Below, piece after piece: positions 1 to 13,312 of a stretch of 64,000 nucleotides of DNA. The notes below the pieces were generated by a model. It was not told the origin of the DNA. It ran no database searches and was given only the letters and a program-made list of their open reading frames with translations. Location of the stretch: the NCBI GenBank assembly GCA_964016885.1, contig OZ024746.1, positions 1,426,001 through 1,490,000 on the forward strand. The letters are read 5' to 3'. The stretch's first letter is position 1. Each line of letters opens with the position of its first letter. This stretch comes from Eledone cirrhosa (taxonomy: Eukaryota). The translations under genes were made by a program, and so were the position numbers.

Positions 1-3000
1 TGGGAGTTGATGCAGCAGATTTAGCTGAAAACCTTGAGTTGTTGCATTGTTGAGAGTTAGGAAGTAGCGTTGTTTCATATAGTTCAGTATAGACATCAGA
101 AGATACATAGAGCTTTGTTAAACTTCCTCCTTCAGGAACAGAACCTGATTAAAAGAACAAAGTCAAAATATTTTAAATCTTTCATTTCTATATTTATAAT
201 GATAATAAAAATAATAAATACTACCTATGATTTTCAAATAATTTCACAAATAATGGTTTCTGATTTAAGCACAAGGTCCACAATTTTGAGTGAGGAAAAG
301 GTTGATTAAATTGACCCCAGTGCATTACTGGTACTTTATTTTTTACACTCCGTAAGGACGAAAGGCAAAGTTAACCTCAGTGGGATTTCAATTCAAAAGG
401 TAAAGGGATGTAACTTCACAAATAATCAAGAAGTAAAATTTTTAATCACACTAATCCATCACAGGGTTAAATTCCCAGTTATTGCTGGTACTCGTTTTCA
501 ACTGAGTACACTGGAGCAATGTGAAATAAAGTGTCTTGCTCAAGAAGATAACACACACCCAATCCCAGGAATTAAACCAACATTGATAGGATTGTAAGTC
601 CAATACCTTCACCACTAGGCCATACACCTTCACCACTAGGCCATACACCTTCACCACTAGGCCATACACCTTCACCACTAGGCCATACACCTTCACCACT
701 AGGCCATACACCTTCACCACTAGGCCATACACCTTCACCACTAGGCCATACACCTTCACCACTAGGCCATACACCTTCACAGCTGTTATTATATTACTTC
801 ATAATTCTGTAATTTTTAACCAACTAATTATTAAGTAAACTTCATAACCTACAAGTAACTACACTTAATGATGACATAATATTTATGTGGTGTGTTAAGT
901 AGAAGTCAACCCTAGGGAGTCCCTCTTAAAGCAATATCTATGGTATATTTAAACACAACACTTGAACAACAAAAGAGTATCAGTAAAATATATACCAACC
1001 TATGTCAACTGATTCACTTTCAAGCTGAAAAATAAATAAAACAAAATATAAAAATGAGAAAACTCATCGCTGGAACAGCTGTTAAAACAGCTAATTGCTG
1101 TCAATGACAATAATGGGCAAATATGCCTGAGGACAGTGACCAGTGGTCAGAGACCAGAGGACAGAGACCAGAGGACAGTGACCAGTGGTCAGAGACCAGA
1201 GGACAGAGACCAATGGTCAGAGACCAGAGGACAGAGACCAATGGTCAGAGACCAGAGGACGGAGACCAGAGGACGGAGACCAGAGGACGGAGACCAGAGG
1301 ACGGAGACCAGAGGACGGAGACCAGAGGACGGAGACCAGATGACAGAGACCAGAGGACGGAGACCAGATGACAGAGACCAGAGGACGGAGACCAGATGAC
1401 AGAGACCAGAGGACGGAGACCAGAGGACAGAGACCAGATGACAGAGACCAGATGACAGAGACCAGAGGACAGAGACCAGAGGACAGAGACCAGAGGACAG
1501 AGACCAGATGACAGAGACCAGAGGACAGAGACCAGAGGACAGAGACCAGAGGACAGAGACCAGCAGTCAGAGACCAGAGGACAGAGACCAGCAGAGAAAC
1601 AATCCATGAAGTGGGTGATACACCAACACACTTCTCCTTGTCCACCTCCTCTTTCAATCTTTTCTATATTTTATCAGTCTGTCACCATTAGCTGGACATC
1701 TAGCTGATCAAACAACTGAGTGCTGGTCATCAAAACTAATGGCGCATATATCATCATCATCATTATTTAATGAATGTTCTCAATGCTAGCAAGGATCAGT
1801 TTGTGACAGACCAAGTGTTAATTGAAACAACTCTTCCTACACTCTACACTAGAGAGGTCATCAGTAACTACACTAGAGAGGTCATCAGTAACTACACTAG
1901 AGAGGTCATCAGTAACTACACTAGAGAGGTCATCAGTAACTACACTAGAGAGGTCATCAGTAACTACACTAGAGAGGTCATCAGTAACTACACTAGAGAG
2001 GTCATCAGTAACTACACTAGAGAGGTCATCAGTAACTACACTAGAGAGGTCATCAGTAACTACACTAGAGAGGTCATCAGTAACTACACTAGAGAAAACC
2101 AAAATAGCTAGAAGTAGAAAAATGTCTGTCGACTTACGTTGTGTAGATCTGCATGGATGGCTGCAAGTGTTCTGGTTAATTGGAGAGGAAGCTGGGAGTA
2201 AACTACTCTGGAAAATATAGTTTTGTTTCACATTAACTTATGAATAAGTAAAGATTTAGTAAATATGTATTTTCATGATAGCAGATTTGATAAGGAAAAG
2301 AAATGTCAAAGATATTTACTTATTCTTGAACAGTACACATCCTCCAAGAACTCCAGCCCATCTTTGACTTGTTTCCAGCAGTGTAACAACTTCCATGAAT
2401 ATTGAGAAGTCAGACTGAAAAATATGAAGAAGAGAGAATTACATTTTAGACTTTTTTATCAAACATATTTTGCCATTGCCAAGAATTTTATGAAAATATA
2501 TCTGACATTAACACGAATTTCATCAAACATATATATCGTTAGCAATAATTTCATCAAACATATATATCGTTATCAAGAATTTCATCAAACATATATGTAG
2601 TTATCAAGAAACCTATCAAAGAACATTTATATACATATTAGTGTCATGTCAAAAAGCACACTACCCACACTGTAAAGTGGTCATTTAGGTGTCATGATAA
2701 AAAGCACCCAGTTCACTCTGTAAAGTGGTCATGTAGGTGTCATGACAAAAAACACCCAGTCCACACTGTAAAGTCGTCATGTAGGTGTCATGACAAAAAA
2801 CACCCAGTCCACACTGTAAAGTCATCATGTAGGTGTCATGACAAAAAACACCCAGTCCACACTGTAAAGTCGTCATGTAGGTGTCATGACAAAAAACACC
2901 CAGTCTACACTGTAAAGTGGTCATGTAGGTGTCATGACAAAAAACACCCAGTCCACTCTGTAAAGTCGTTATGTAGGTGTCATGACAAAAAACACCCAGT

Positions 3001-6000
3001 CCACACTGTAAAGTGGTCATGTAGGTGTCATGACAAAAAACACCCAGTCCACACTGTAAAGTCGTCATGTAGGTGTCATGACAAAAAACACCCAGTCCAC
3101 TCTGTAAAGTCGTTATGTAGGTGTCATGACAAAAAACACCCAGTCCACACTGTAAAGTGGTCATGTAGGTGTCATGACAAAAAACACCCAGTCCACACTG
3201 TAAAGTCGTCATGTAGGTGTCATGACAAAAAACACCCAGTCCACTCTGTAAAGTCGTTATGTAGGTGTCATGACAAAAAACACCCAGTCCACACTGTAAA
3301 GTGGTCATGTAGGTGTCATGACAAAAAACACCCAGTCCACACTGTAAAGTCGTTATGTAGGTGTCATGAGAAAAAACACCCAGTCCACACTATAAAGTGG
3401 TCATGTAGGTGTCATGACAAAAAACACCCAGTCCACACTGTAAAGTGGTCATGTAGGTGTCATGACAAAAAACACCCAGTCCACTCTGTAAAGGTTGGTG
3501 TTAGGAAGGGCATCCAGCCATAGAAATCAAACCAGAAACAGTTTCATATGAGCAAGACACTCTCCTTACCTGACTTGCCTCAAATGTGACAACTTGTCTA
3601 GCATGGAAAATAGACATTAGATGATGATGATGATGATACTTACTTTGGGGATTTTGAATGATGGTATTGTCCGAAAGGAATGTTCAATGACACTATCATA
3701 TTGGAAACATAATGGTAAATAACTGTCAAAAACACATTTCAACTTCATTAAAAAATCTTTCTGGTCTTTGGCTGTGATATTCTGTGGAAAAACAATACAA
3801 TAAAAGCTGAAGATGGACAGAAGATTAATCTTCTACGACAATATAGTTTTATTTAATTGTACTTTAGTCTACATTTAATGTACTTTAGAAATATACGAAA
3901 CATACGAAAGTATTTCTCAAGTGTAACAATATTTATTAAAATAATTACTTTAAAATACAACTTAATCATTCAAAATTCACACAAAAAAGATAAAAAGATA
4001 AAAATACAAGAAAATCAGTCCGGTAGAGGAAGGGACATAACTCCTATGTATTATGTGAGCTTTAATGAAATAACTAGGGGGGGGGGTAAAAATTCTAAGG
4101 GTGGCGTGAAGCCATTTAGTATAGGGGGGGGACTATGGGGAAGGAGAGATTATGATGAAAGGAATGAGTTTAGTGTAAGTGGGGGGACTATGGGGAAGGA
4201 GAGATTATGATGAAAGGAATGAGTTTAGTGTAAGTGGGGGGACTATGGGGAAGGAGAGATTATGATGAAAGGAATGAGTTTAGTGTAAGTGGGGGGACTA
4301 TGGGGAAGGAGAGATTATGATGAAAGGAATGAGTTTAGTGTAAGTGGGGATTATGGGGAAGAAGAGATTATGATGAAAGGAATGAGTTTAGTGTAAGTGG
4401 GGGGATTATGGGGAAGGAGAGATTATGATGAAAGGAATGAGTTTAGTGTAAGTGGGGGGACTATGGGGAAGGAGAGATTATGATGAAAGGAATGAGTTTA
4501 GTGTAAGTGGGGGGACTATGGGGAAGGAGAGATTATGATGAAAGGAATGAGTTTAGTGTAAGTGGGGGGGGGACTATGGGGAAGGAGAGATTATGATGAA
4601 AGGAATGAGTTTAGTGTAAGTGGGGGGACTATGGGGAAGGAGAGATTATGATGAAAGGAATGAGTTTAGTGTAAGTGGGGATTATGGGGAAGAAGAGATT
4701 ATGATGAAAGGAATGAGTTTAGTGTAAGTGGGGGGATTATGGGGAAGAAGAGATTATGATGAAAGGAATGAGTTTAGTGTAAGTGGGGGGACTATGGGGA
4801 AGGAGAGATTATGATGAAAGGAATGAGTTTAGTGTAAGTGGGGGGACTATGGGGAAGGAGAGATTATGATGAAAGGAATGAGTTTAGTGTAAGTGGGGGG
4901 GGACTATGGGGAAGGAGAGATTATGATGAAAGGAATGAGTTTAGTGTAAGTGGGGGGGAGTATGGGGAAGGAGAGATTATGATGAAAGGAATGAGTTTAG
5001 TGTAAGTGGGGGGGGGGACTATGGGGAAGGAGAGATTATGATGAAAGGAATGAGTTTAGTGTAAGTGGGGGGACTATGGGGAAGGAGAGATTATGATGAA
5101 AGGAATGAGTTTAGTGTAAGTGGGGATTATGGGGAAGAAGAGATTATGATGAAAGGAATGAGTTTAGTGTAAGTGGGGGGACTATGGGGAAGGAGAGATT
5201 ATGATGAAAGGAATGAGTTTAGTGTAAGTGGGGGGGACTATGGGGAAGGAGAGATTATGATGAAAGGAATGAGTTTAGTGTAAGTGGGGGGGGACTATGG
5301 GTAAGGAGAGATTATGATGAAAGGAATGAGTTTAGTGTAAGTGGGGGGGGAGTATGGGGAAGGAGAGATTATGATGAAAGGAATGAGTTTAGTGTAAGTG
5401 GGGGGGGACTATGGGGAAGGAGAGATTATGATGAAAGGAATGAGTTTAGTGTAAGTGGGGGGACTATGGGGAAGGAGAGATTATGATGAAAGGAATGAGT
5501 TTAGTGTAAGTGGGGATTATGGGGAAGAAGAGATTATGATGAAAGGAATGAGTTTAGTGTAAGTGGGGGGACTATGGGGAAGAAGAGATTATGATGAAAG
5601 GAATGAGTTTAGTGTAAGTGGGGGGACTATGGGGAAGGAGAGATTATGATGAAAGGAATGAGTTTAGTGTAAGTGGGGGGGACTATGGGGAAGGAGAGTT
5701 TATGATGAAAGGAATGAGTTTAGTGTAAGTGGGGGGGGGGACTATGGGGAAGGAGAGATTATGATGAAAGGAATGAGTTTAGTGTAAGTGGGGGGGAGTA
5801 TGGGGAAGGAGAGATTATGATGAAAGGAATGAGTTTAGTGTAAGTGGGGGGGGACTATGGGGAAGGAGAGATTATGATGAAAGGAATGAGTTTAGTGTAA
5901 GTGGGGGGGACTATGGGGAAGGAGAGATTATGATGAAAGGAATGAGTTTAGTGTAAGTGGGGGGGACTATGGGGAAGGAGAGATTATGATGAAAGGAATG

Positions 6001-9000
6001 AGTTTAGTGTAAGTGGGGGGGGACTATGGGGAAGAAGAGATTATGATGAAAGGAATGAGTTTAGTGTAAGTGGGGGGGACTATGGGGAAGGAGAGATTAT
6101 GATGAAAGGAATGAGTTTAGTGTAAGTGGGGGGACTATGGGGAAGGAGAGATTATGATGAAAGGAATGAGTTTAGTGTAAGTGGGGGGGACTATGGGGAA
6201 GGAGAGATTATGATGAAAGGAATGAGTTTAGTGTAAGTGGGGATTATGGGGAAGAAGAGATTATGATGAAAGGAATGAGTTTAGTGTAAGTGGGGGGACT
6301 ATGGGGAAGGAGAGATTATGATGAAAGGAATGAGTTTAGTGTAAGTGGGGGGGACTATGGGGAAGGAGAGATTATGATGAAAGGAATGAGTTTAGGGTAA
6401 GTGGGGATTATGGGGAAGAAGAGATTATGATGAAAGGAATGAGTTTAGTGTAAGTGGGGGGGGGACTATGGGGAAGGAGAGATTATGATGAAAGGAATGA
6501 GTTTAGTGTAAGTGGGGGGGACTATGGGGAAGGAGAGATTATGATGAAAGGAATGAGTTTAGTGTAAGTGGGGGGGACTATGGGGAAGGAGAGATTATGA
6601 TGAAAGGAATGAGTTTAGTGTAAGTGGGGGGGACTATGGGGAAGGAGAGATTATGATGAAAGGAATGAGTTTAGTGTAAGTGGGGGGGACTATGGGGAAG
6701 GAGAGATTATGATGAAAGGAATGAGTTTAGTGTAAGTGGGGGGGGGACTATGGGGAAGGAGAGATTATGATGAAAGGAATGAGTTTAGTGTAAGTGGGGG
6801 GGACTATGGGGAAGGAGAGATTATGATGAAAGGAATGAGTTTAGTGTAAGTGGGGGGGGACTATGGGGAAGGAGAGATTATGATGAAAGGAATGAGTTTA
6901 GTGTAAGTGAGGGGACTATGGGGAAGGAGAGATTATGATGAAAGGAATGAGTTTAGTGTAAGTGGGGGGACTATGGGGAAGGAGAGATTATGATGAAAGG
7001 AATGAGTTTAGTGTAAGTGGGGGGGACTATGGGGAAGGAGAGATTATGATGAAAGGAATGGGTTTAGTGTAAGTGGGGGGACTATGGGGAAGGAGAGATT
7101 ATGATGAAAGGAATGAGTTTAGTGTAAGTGGGAGGGACTATGGGGAAGGAGAGATTATGATGAAAGGAATGAGTTTAGTGTAAGTGGGGGGACTATGGGG
7201 AAGGAGAGATTATGATGAAAGGAATGAGTTTAGTGTAAGTGGGAGGGACTATGGGGAAGGAGAGATTATGATGAAAGGAATGAGTTTAGTGTAAGTGGGG
7301 GGACTATGGGGAAGGAGAGATTATGATGAAAGGAATGAGTTTAGTGTAAGTGGGGGGGACTATGGGGAAGGAGAGATTATGATGAAAGGAATGAGTTTAG
7401 TGTAAGTGGGGGGACTATGGGGAAGGAGAGATTATGATGAAAGGAATGAGTTTAGTGTAAGTGGGGGGGACTATGGGGAAGGAGAGATTATGATGAAAGG
7501 AATGAGTTTAGTGTAAGTGGGGGGACTATGGGGAAGGAGAGATTATGATGAAAGGAATGAGTTTAGTGTAAGTGGGAGGGACTATGGGGAAGGAGAGATT
7601 ATGATGAAAGGAATGAGTTTAGTGTAAGTGGGGGGACTATGGGGAAGGAGAGATTATGATGAAAGGAATGAGTTTAGTGTAAGTGGGAGGGACTATGGGG
7701 AAGGAGAGATTATGATGAAAGGAATGAGTTTAGTGTAAGTGGGAGGGACTATGGGGAAGGAGAGATTATGATGAAAGGAATGAGTTTAGTGTAAGTGGGG
7801 GGGGGGACTATGGGGAAGGAGAGATTATGATGAAAGGAATGAGTTTAGTGTAAGTGGGGGGGGACTATGGGGAAGGAGAGATTATGATGAAAGGAATGAG
7901 TTTAGTGTAAGTGGGGGGACTATGGGGAAGGAGAGATTATGATGAAAGGAATGAGTTTAGTGTAAGTGGGAGGGACTATGGGGAAGGAGAGATTATGATG
8001 AAAGGAATGAGTTTAGTGTAAGTGGGGGGGGACTATGGGGAAGGAGAGATTATGATGAAAGGAATGAGTTTAGTGTAAGTGGGGGGGGACTATGGGGAAG
8101 GAGAGATTATGATGAAAGGAATGAGTTTAGTGTAAGTGGGGGGACTATGGGGAAGGAGAGATTATGATGAAAGGAATGAGTTTAGTGTAAGTGGGAGGGA
8201 CTATGGGGAAGGAGAGATTATGATGAAAGGAATGAGTTTAGTGTAAGTGGGGGGGGACTATGGGGAAGGAGAGATTATGATGAAAGGAATGAGTTTAGTG
8301 TAAGTGGGGGGGACTATGGGGAAGGAGAGATTATGATGAAAGGAATGAGTTTAGTGTAAGTGGGGGGACTATGGGGAAGGAGAGATTATGATGAAAGGAA
8401 TGAGTTTAGTGTAAGTGGGGGGACTATGGGGAAGGAGAGATTATGATGAAAGGAATGAGTTTAGTGTAGTCTAGTAATGTACTTTTTGTTTTGTTTTTTG
8501 TCATGTATGTTTTTTAATGTCTAAAAAAATTATTTGTCACAGGAATGCTACCACTTAAAATAAAACTTCGCCGGGGATAGATTAGTAAAATTTAAAAAGC
8601 GTGGGCGGGCGTGAAATATAAGCAGAATGTTGGTGGAAAAAATTTGAAAAATTAATATGCTGCTGGGGGGGGGGGGGGGGGGGTCGAGACACGAGAGAAA
8701 GTCCCAGATATACTATTCTTGAAATACAAACAAGATCTTATATACATAACTGGAAGTCATGTATAGATCTTTAGTCAATAACTTTGGTTATTTTGGGTTC
8801 TTCAACAACAAACCTGAAAAAAAAACTTTACCTTTTTCACATCCTTTAGGTTCCCTTGCAGTAAGCAGAAGACTTCATATAACAACTGGAGTTGATGTAA
8901 CAGAGCAGATTCGTTCTGACTTTGAGTACTACCAAGGACCTAACAAGAGAAATAGGTATTACAGCTTTATAGGTTTAAGGTAGAGGACACAGGCTTTGTG

Positions 9001-12000
9001 GTTTTATACTGTGAGGGGGGAGGAGGAGGAGACAAAGGAAATATATGTACATTATTAGCTGGGTACCAGAGAGGTAAGCTCCAGGTAGATGAAGCCTGTG
9101 ATAATATTTCAATTCTTAGCTGTAATTGTATCACTTCTCTTATATCATTAACTGTAAAGGCATGAACACCACATCCTCCCCTTCTAAAGACATCTCACAT
9201 GTTAATGAATATATTTGGTCAGGTAAGCGTAAAATTATATAAAATACTATATAGACTACTATATAGAATTATATAGAATACTAGCAGTAAAGCCCGGCGT
9301 TGCTCGGGGTCGCTCAGTAGCTGTGTTAAAGTTACAATGTTAAGTTTCTTTTTTGGCTTAAAAACTGTAGTGTCTACTGTGCAGACTTGCATGTGGTGTT
9401 TTTGATTAATATTCCCTCAACCAACAATATGCCTTATGAAGTTAAGAAAACATAACGATAACCCGAATGTTATAACAAAAGAGGATGCTGGGGATAGAAA
9501 CTGCACTGGTTATTTATTAACAAAGATCGAAAATGTAAACACTGCAACGCAGAGAAAAACATTAGCGTAACCAAATTATCAGTTATGTCTGTCTGCACGC
9601 CTATATCACCTCTCTGCACGACTGTCTGTCTGCACGCCTATATCACCTCTCTGCACGACTATCTGTCTGCACGCCTATATCAACTCTCTGCACGACTGTC
9701 TGTCTGCACGCCTATATCACCTCTCTGCACGACTGTCTGTCTGCACGCCTATATCACCTCTCTGCACGACTGTCTGTCTGCACGCCTATATCACCTCTCT
9801 GCACGACTGTCTGTCTGCACGCCTATATCACCTCTCTGCACGACTGTCTGTCTGCACGCCTATATCACCTCTCTGCACGACTGTCTGTCTGCACGCCTAT
9901 ATCACCTCTCTGCACGACTGTCTGTCTGCACGCCTGAAATATTTGCTTGTTTTACGTAGTCTTTAAATAGACTTGTTTTCAAGTAAAAATATTGTTTTAA
10001 AATGCTTTTAAAAGGAAATGAAGCAAAACGGAAGCTTAGTGTTCGAACTGATGAATTTTGCAGGTCAATATTTTGCTGGCTCGACAACTGTTCGTGTATT
10101 GTGTTAATGTCATTTTAAACGCTGAGAAAGCCAGCGTAATTTTTTACGTAAGACGCTCAATGTAAACAGAACAAAGGGAAATAACTGATCACTTACGCTC
10201 AAAAATCGATACATTATATTCGATTTCGTCAGATAGGGCGGGTCAATTTGAAATATTTTTTTCCGATGTCTTCGCTAGGGCTCAATGTACAAGTATAGCA
10301 ATTTCGGTGCAATTCCGTGAGAGATTCTAAGAGGAGATGTGTGCCAAAAATCGATAGACAGACAGACAACCTCAGTTTTATATATATATATACTAGCAGT
10401 AAAGCCCGGCGTTGCTCGGGGTCGCTCAGTAGCTGTGTTAAAGTTACAATGTTAAGTTTCTTTTTTGGCTTAAAGTCTGTCTGCACGACTGTCTGTCTGC
10501 ACGCCTAACGAAATTTACAGATACATATATTTTAAATAAACTTATATAATTTTTGCTTTTTTTTACGAAATATTTGCTTGTTTTACGTAGTCTTTAAATA
10601 GACTTGTTTTCAAGTAAAAATATTGTTTTAAAAGGCTTTTAAATGGAAATGAAGCAAAACGGAAGCTTAGTGTTCGAACTGATGAATTTTGCAGGTCAAA
10701 ATTTTGCTGGCTCGACAACTGTTCGTGTATTGTGTTAATGTCATTTTAAACGCTGAGAAAGCCAGCGTAATTTTTTTAATTTTTGCATGCAGACGCTCAA
10801 TGTAAACAGAACAAAGGGAAATAACTGATCACTTACGCTCAAAAATCGATACATTATATTCGATTTCGTCAGATAGGGCGGGTCAATTTGAAATATTTTT
10901 TTCCGATGTCTTCGCTAGGGCTCAATGTACAAGTATAGCAATTTCGGTGCAATTCCGTGAGAGATTCTAAGAGGAGATGTGTGCCAAAAATCGATAGACA
11001 GACAGACAACCTCAGTTTTATATATATATATATATATACTAGCAGTAAAGCCCGGCGTTGCTCGGGGTCGCTCAGTAGCTGTGTTAAAGTTACAATGTTA
11101 AGTTTCTTTTTTGGCTTAAAAACTGTAATGTCTACTGTGCAGACTTGCATGTGGTGTTTTTGATTAATATTCCCTCAACCAACAATATGCCTTATGAAGT
11201 TAAGAAAACATAACGATAACCCGAATGTTATAACAAAAGAGGATGCTGGGGATAGAAACTGCACTGGTTATTTATTAACAAAGATCGAAAATGTAAACAC
11301 TGCAACGCAGAGAAAAACATTAGCGTAACCAAATTATCAGTTATGTCTGTCTGCACGCCTATATCACCTCTCTGCACGACTGTCTGTCTGCACGCCTGAA
11401 ATATTTGCTTGTTTTGCGTAGTCTTTAAATAGACTTGTTTTCAAGTAAAAATATTGTTTTAAAATGCTTTTAAATGGAAATGAAGCAAAACGGAAGCTTA
11501 GTGTTCGAACGTATTGTGTTAATGTCATTTTAAACGCCGAGAAAGCCAGCGTAATTTTTTACGTAAGACGCTCAATGTAAACAGAACAAAGGGAAATAAC
11601 TGATAACTTACGCTCAAAAATCGATACATTATATTCGATTTCGTCACATAGGGTGGGTCAATTTGAAACTTTTTTATTTCCGATGTCTTCGCTAGGGCTC
11701 AATGTACAAGGATAGCAATTTCGGTGCAATTCCGTGAGAGATTCTAAGAGGAGATGTGTGCCAAAAATCGATAGACAGACAGACAACCACAGTTTTATAT
11801 ATATAGATATAGAAGAAGATTACACACACTTACGCACACACACACACTTACACACACACAGATATTATATAGAATACAAAAGAACCTACCAACCGATATT
11901 CTTTTAGATGTTTAAAGACATACATTCCTCGGTAAAGGTAAATTGAACGTGGAGGTGAGTCCATATGATTCTCATAGATTTCAACCATTCCCATCAACTG

Positions 12001-12765
12001 GCCAAATAAGTTACAAAGCTCCGTTTCGTTAATCTACAAATCAGAAACATGAAATAGAGTTACCTCCCATCACTGCTTACTCTCCACTCCAAAATGAGCG
12101 GGTGGGACGGTCATTTTTTAGGTTGTCTCCCTTGATGTTTTTGAAAACCAGAATTAGTCCGTTTAGTTTACATATTGTGACACACACACACACACACACA
12201 CACACCCTCAACTCATCCTATTTATTTTATAACATATGGCATTTCTAGTAATGTACTTTTTTGTCATGTATAATGTTTTTTAATGTCTAAAAGAAAAGTA
12301 ATTGTCGCAGGAATGGTACTACTTAAAATAAAATTTCACCACAAATAGATTAGCAAAATTTAATAAGCGGGGAAGGGGGTACAAGCTGAAAAATTAATAA
12401 GCGGGGGTGAGAACGATTATTTGAGGACCTGAGAGTAACTTTTATCACAACCCCACCAAAGGTCCAGGAAATTTTAACACTAAAATGATGAATGTAAAGT
12501 GAATTGGATAATTGTTGTGTCTTGTGACTCTTCCATGATGTAATTGCTTTAGTTTTAAAACACAGTCACAAATCAAGAAGTCACTTGTCAAACATGGACA
12601 ACTTCAACATAATTTCCTCAATTTACAATTTTAACAAAATATTTATAGAATAAATGTCAACCAACCGTTTCTGGGTAGTAATACAATATAGCATCTTTCG
12701 GGTCATCTCCTTCATCTTTCAGAACTGTCATGTCATAAAATATGACACGTGTGTCTGTCAGTGTT
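1..12765 (-). CDS. HPS4: BLOC-3 subunit HPS4 (Hermansky-Pudlak syndrome 4, longin-domain Rab32/38 GEF subunit), N-terminal exons; gene continues beyond the left edge
   Basis: Phase-consistent GT-AG exons on the minus strand: 12765-12666 (TLTDTRVIFYDMTVLKDEGDDPKDAILYYYPET), 12033-11890 (INETELCNLFGQLMGMVEIYENHMDSPPRSIYL...), 8939-8832 (VLGSTQSQNESALLHQLQLLYEVFCLLQG...), 3781-3644, 2414-2320 (LLETSQRWAGVLGGCVLFKN), 2207-2138 (VVYSQLPLQLT), 1024-1000, 144-<1. Colinear with recalled HPS4 motifs FLYDGSKVKEEGDP, LLCGQIAG, SPP, VLGC, ILAGCILYKG and STQLP. Confidence 0.88.
451..620 (-). mobile_element. tRNA-derived SINE whose head is tandemly amplified
   Basis: Same head and core as 12862-13256 (ttgagcaagacactttatttcacattgctccag). 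Confidence 0.75.
605..780. repeat. 21-bp minisatellite x8 (SINE A-box head)
   Basis: Unit accttcaccactaggccatac. Confidence 0.95.
1128..1592. repeat. 14-bp minisatellite
   Basis: Unit gaccagaggacaga with variants. Confidence 0.95.
1845..2095. repeat. 24-bp minisatellite, about 10 copies
   Basis: Unit tacactagagaggtcatcagtaac. Confidence 0.95.
2640..3492. repeat. 48-bp minisatellite derived from the RTE 3' UTR (about 17 copies)
   Basis: Unit gtaggtgtcatgacaaaaaacacccagtccacactgtaaagtggtcat. Runs directly into the RTE tail at 3493-3637. Confidence 0.95.
4124..8468. repeat. G-rich 53-58-bp minisatellite, about 4.3 kb
   Basis: Unit G(4-9)-actatggggaaggagagattatgatgaaaggaatgagtttagtgtaagt. Confidence 0.98.
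9281..11807 (-). mobile_element. Three head-to-tail non-autonomous Helitron copies (9281-10392, 10393-11038, 11039-11807)
   Basis: Minus strand: A|TCTATATATATAAAA at the 5' end. Each copy has the 3' hairpin CCCGAGCAACGCCGGG followed by CTAG|T. No TSD. Copies are near-identical, copy 2 has an internal deletion, and copy 1 has an expanded internal repeat. Confidence 0.85.
9586..9935. repeat. About 39-bp minisatellite inside Helitron copy 1 (about 9 units)
   Basis: Unit ctgtctgtctgcacgcctatatcacctctctgcacga. Only about 1.5 units in copy 3. Confidence 0.9.
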
Positions 12766-12799
12766 CTGAAATATAAGTATTTAAATATTTCAAATGATG

Positions 12800-12861
<62 letters not shown>

Positions 12862-12863
<2 letters not shown>

Positions 12864-13254
12864 CCGTCTAACCCATGCTAGCGTGGAAGATAGATGTTAA
12901 ACGATGATATATATATATTTACTGTCCTCATCAGTCACAAACAAATGACCGTGGCTTTACACCTAGAAAGTACCCCTCTGAGGCACAAGTCTGGGCAATG
13001 TGTGTTTGTAAAAGACCTGTAGTCACCCATACATACCAGTCTCCCTCTCCACGTCCCCGATGTTGTCCAAGGTAAAAGCAATGGCTGATGCAACTTGGCA
13101 CCAGTGACGTCACAACTTCTACAGCTGAGTAAACTGGAGCAACGTGAAATAAAGTGTCTTGCTCAAGGACACAACACATCACCTGGTTAAAGAATCGAAA
13201 TCACAACCTCCCAATTGCAAGCCAAACGCTCTAACCACTAAGCCATCCACCTTC

Positions 13255-13256
<2 letters not shown>
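12862..13256 (-). mobile_element. tRNA-derived SINE with RTE-like tail
   Basis: Head gcgaaggtggatggcttagtggttagagcg (A box), a B-box-like ttcgattc, and core gtgtccttgagcaagacactttatttcac. Related copies at 451-620, 53740-53925 and 61410-61535. Confidence 0.75.

Positions 13257-13312
<56 letters not shown>

Noticed and set aside
4124-8468. CRISPR-like regular repeat
   Set aside because: There are no unique spacers and no cas genes, and the context is a eukaryotic intron.
8771-8813. Apparent minus-strand terminal exon (FVVEEPKITKVID*) after a strong acceptor
   Set aside because: The acceptor lies only 18 nt from the preceding HPS4 donor, which is too short for an intron.
13190-13256. tRNA gene
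   Set aside because: It has A/B-box-like sequence but continues into a SINE core with no complete cloverleaf.
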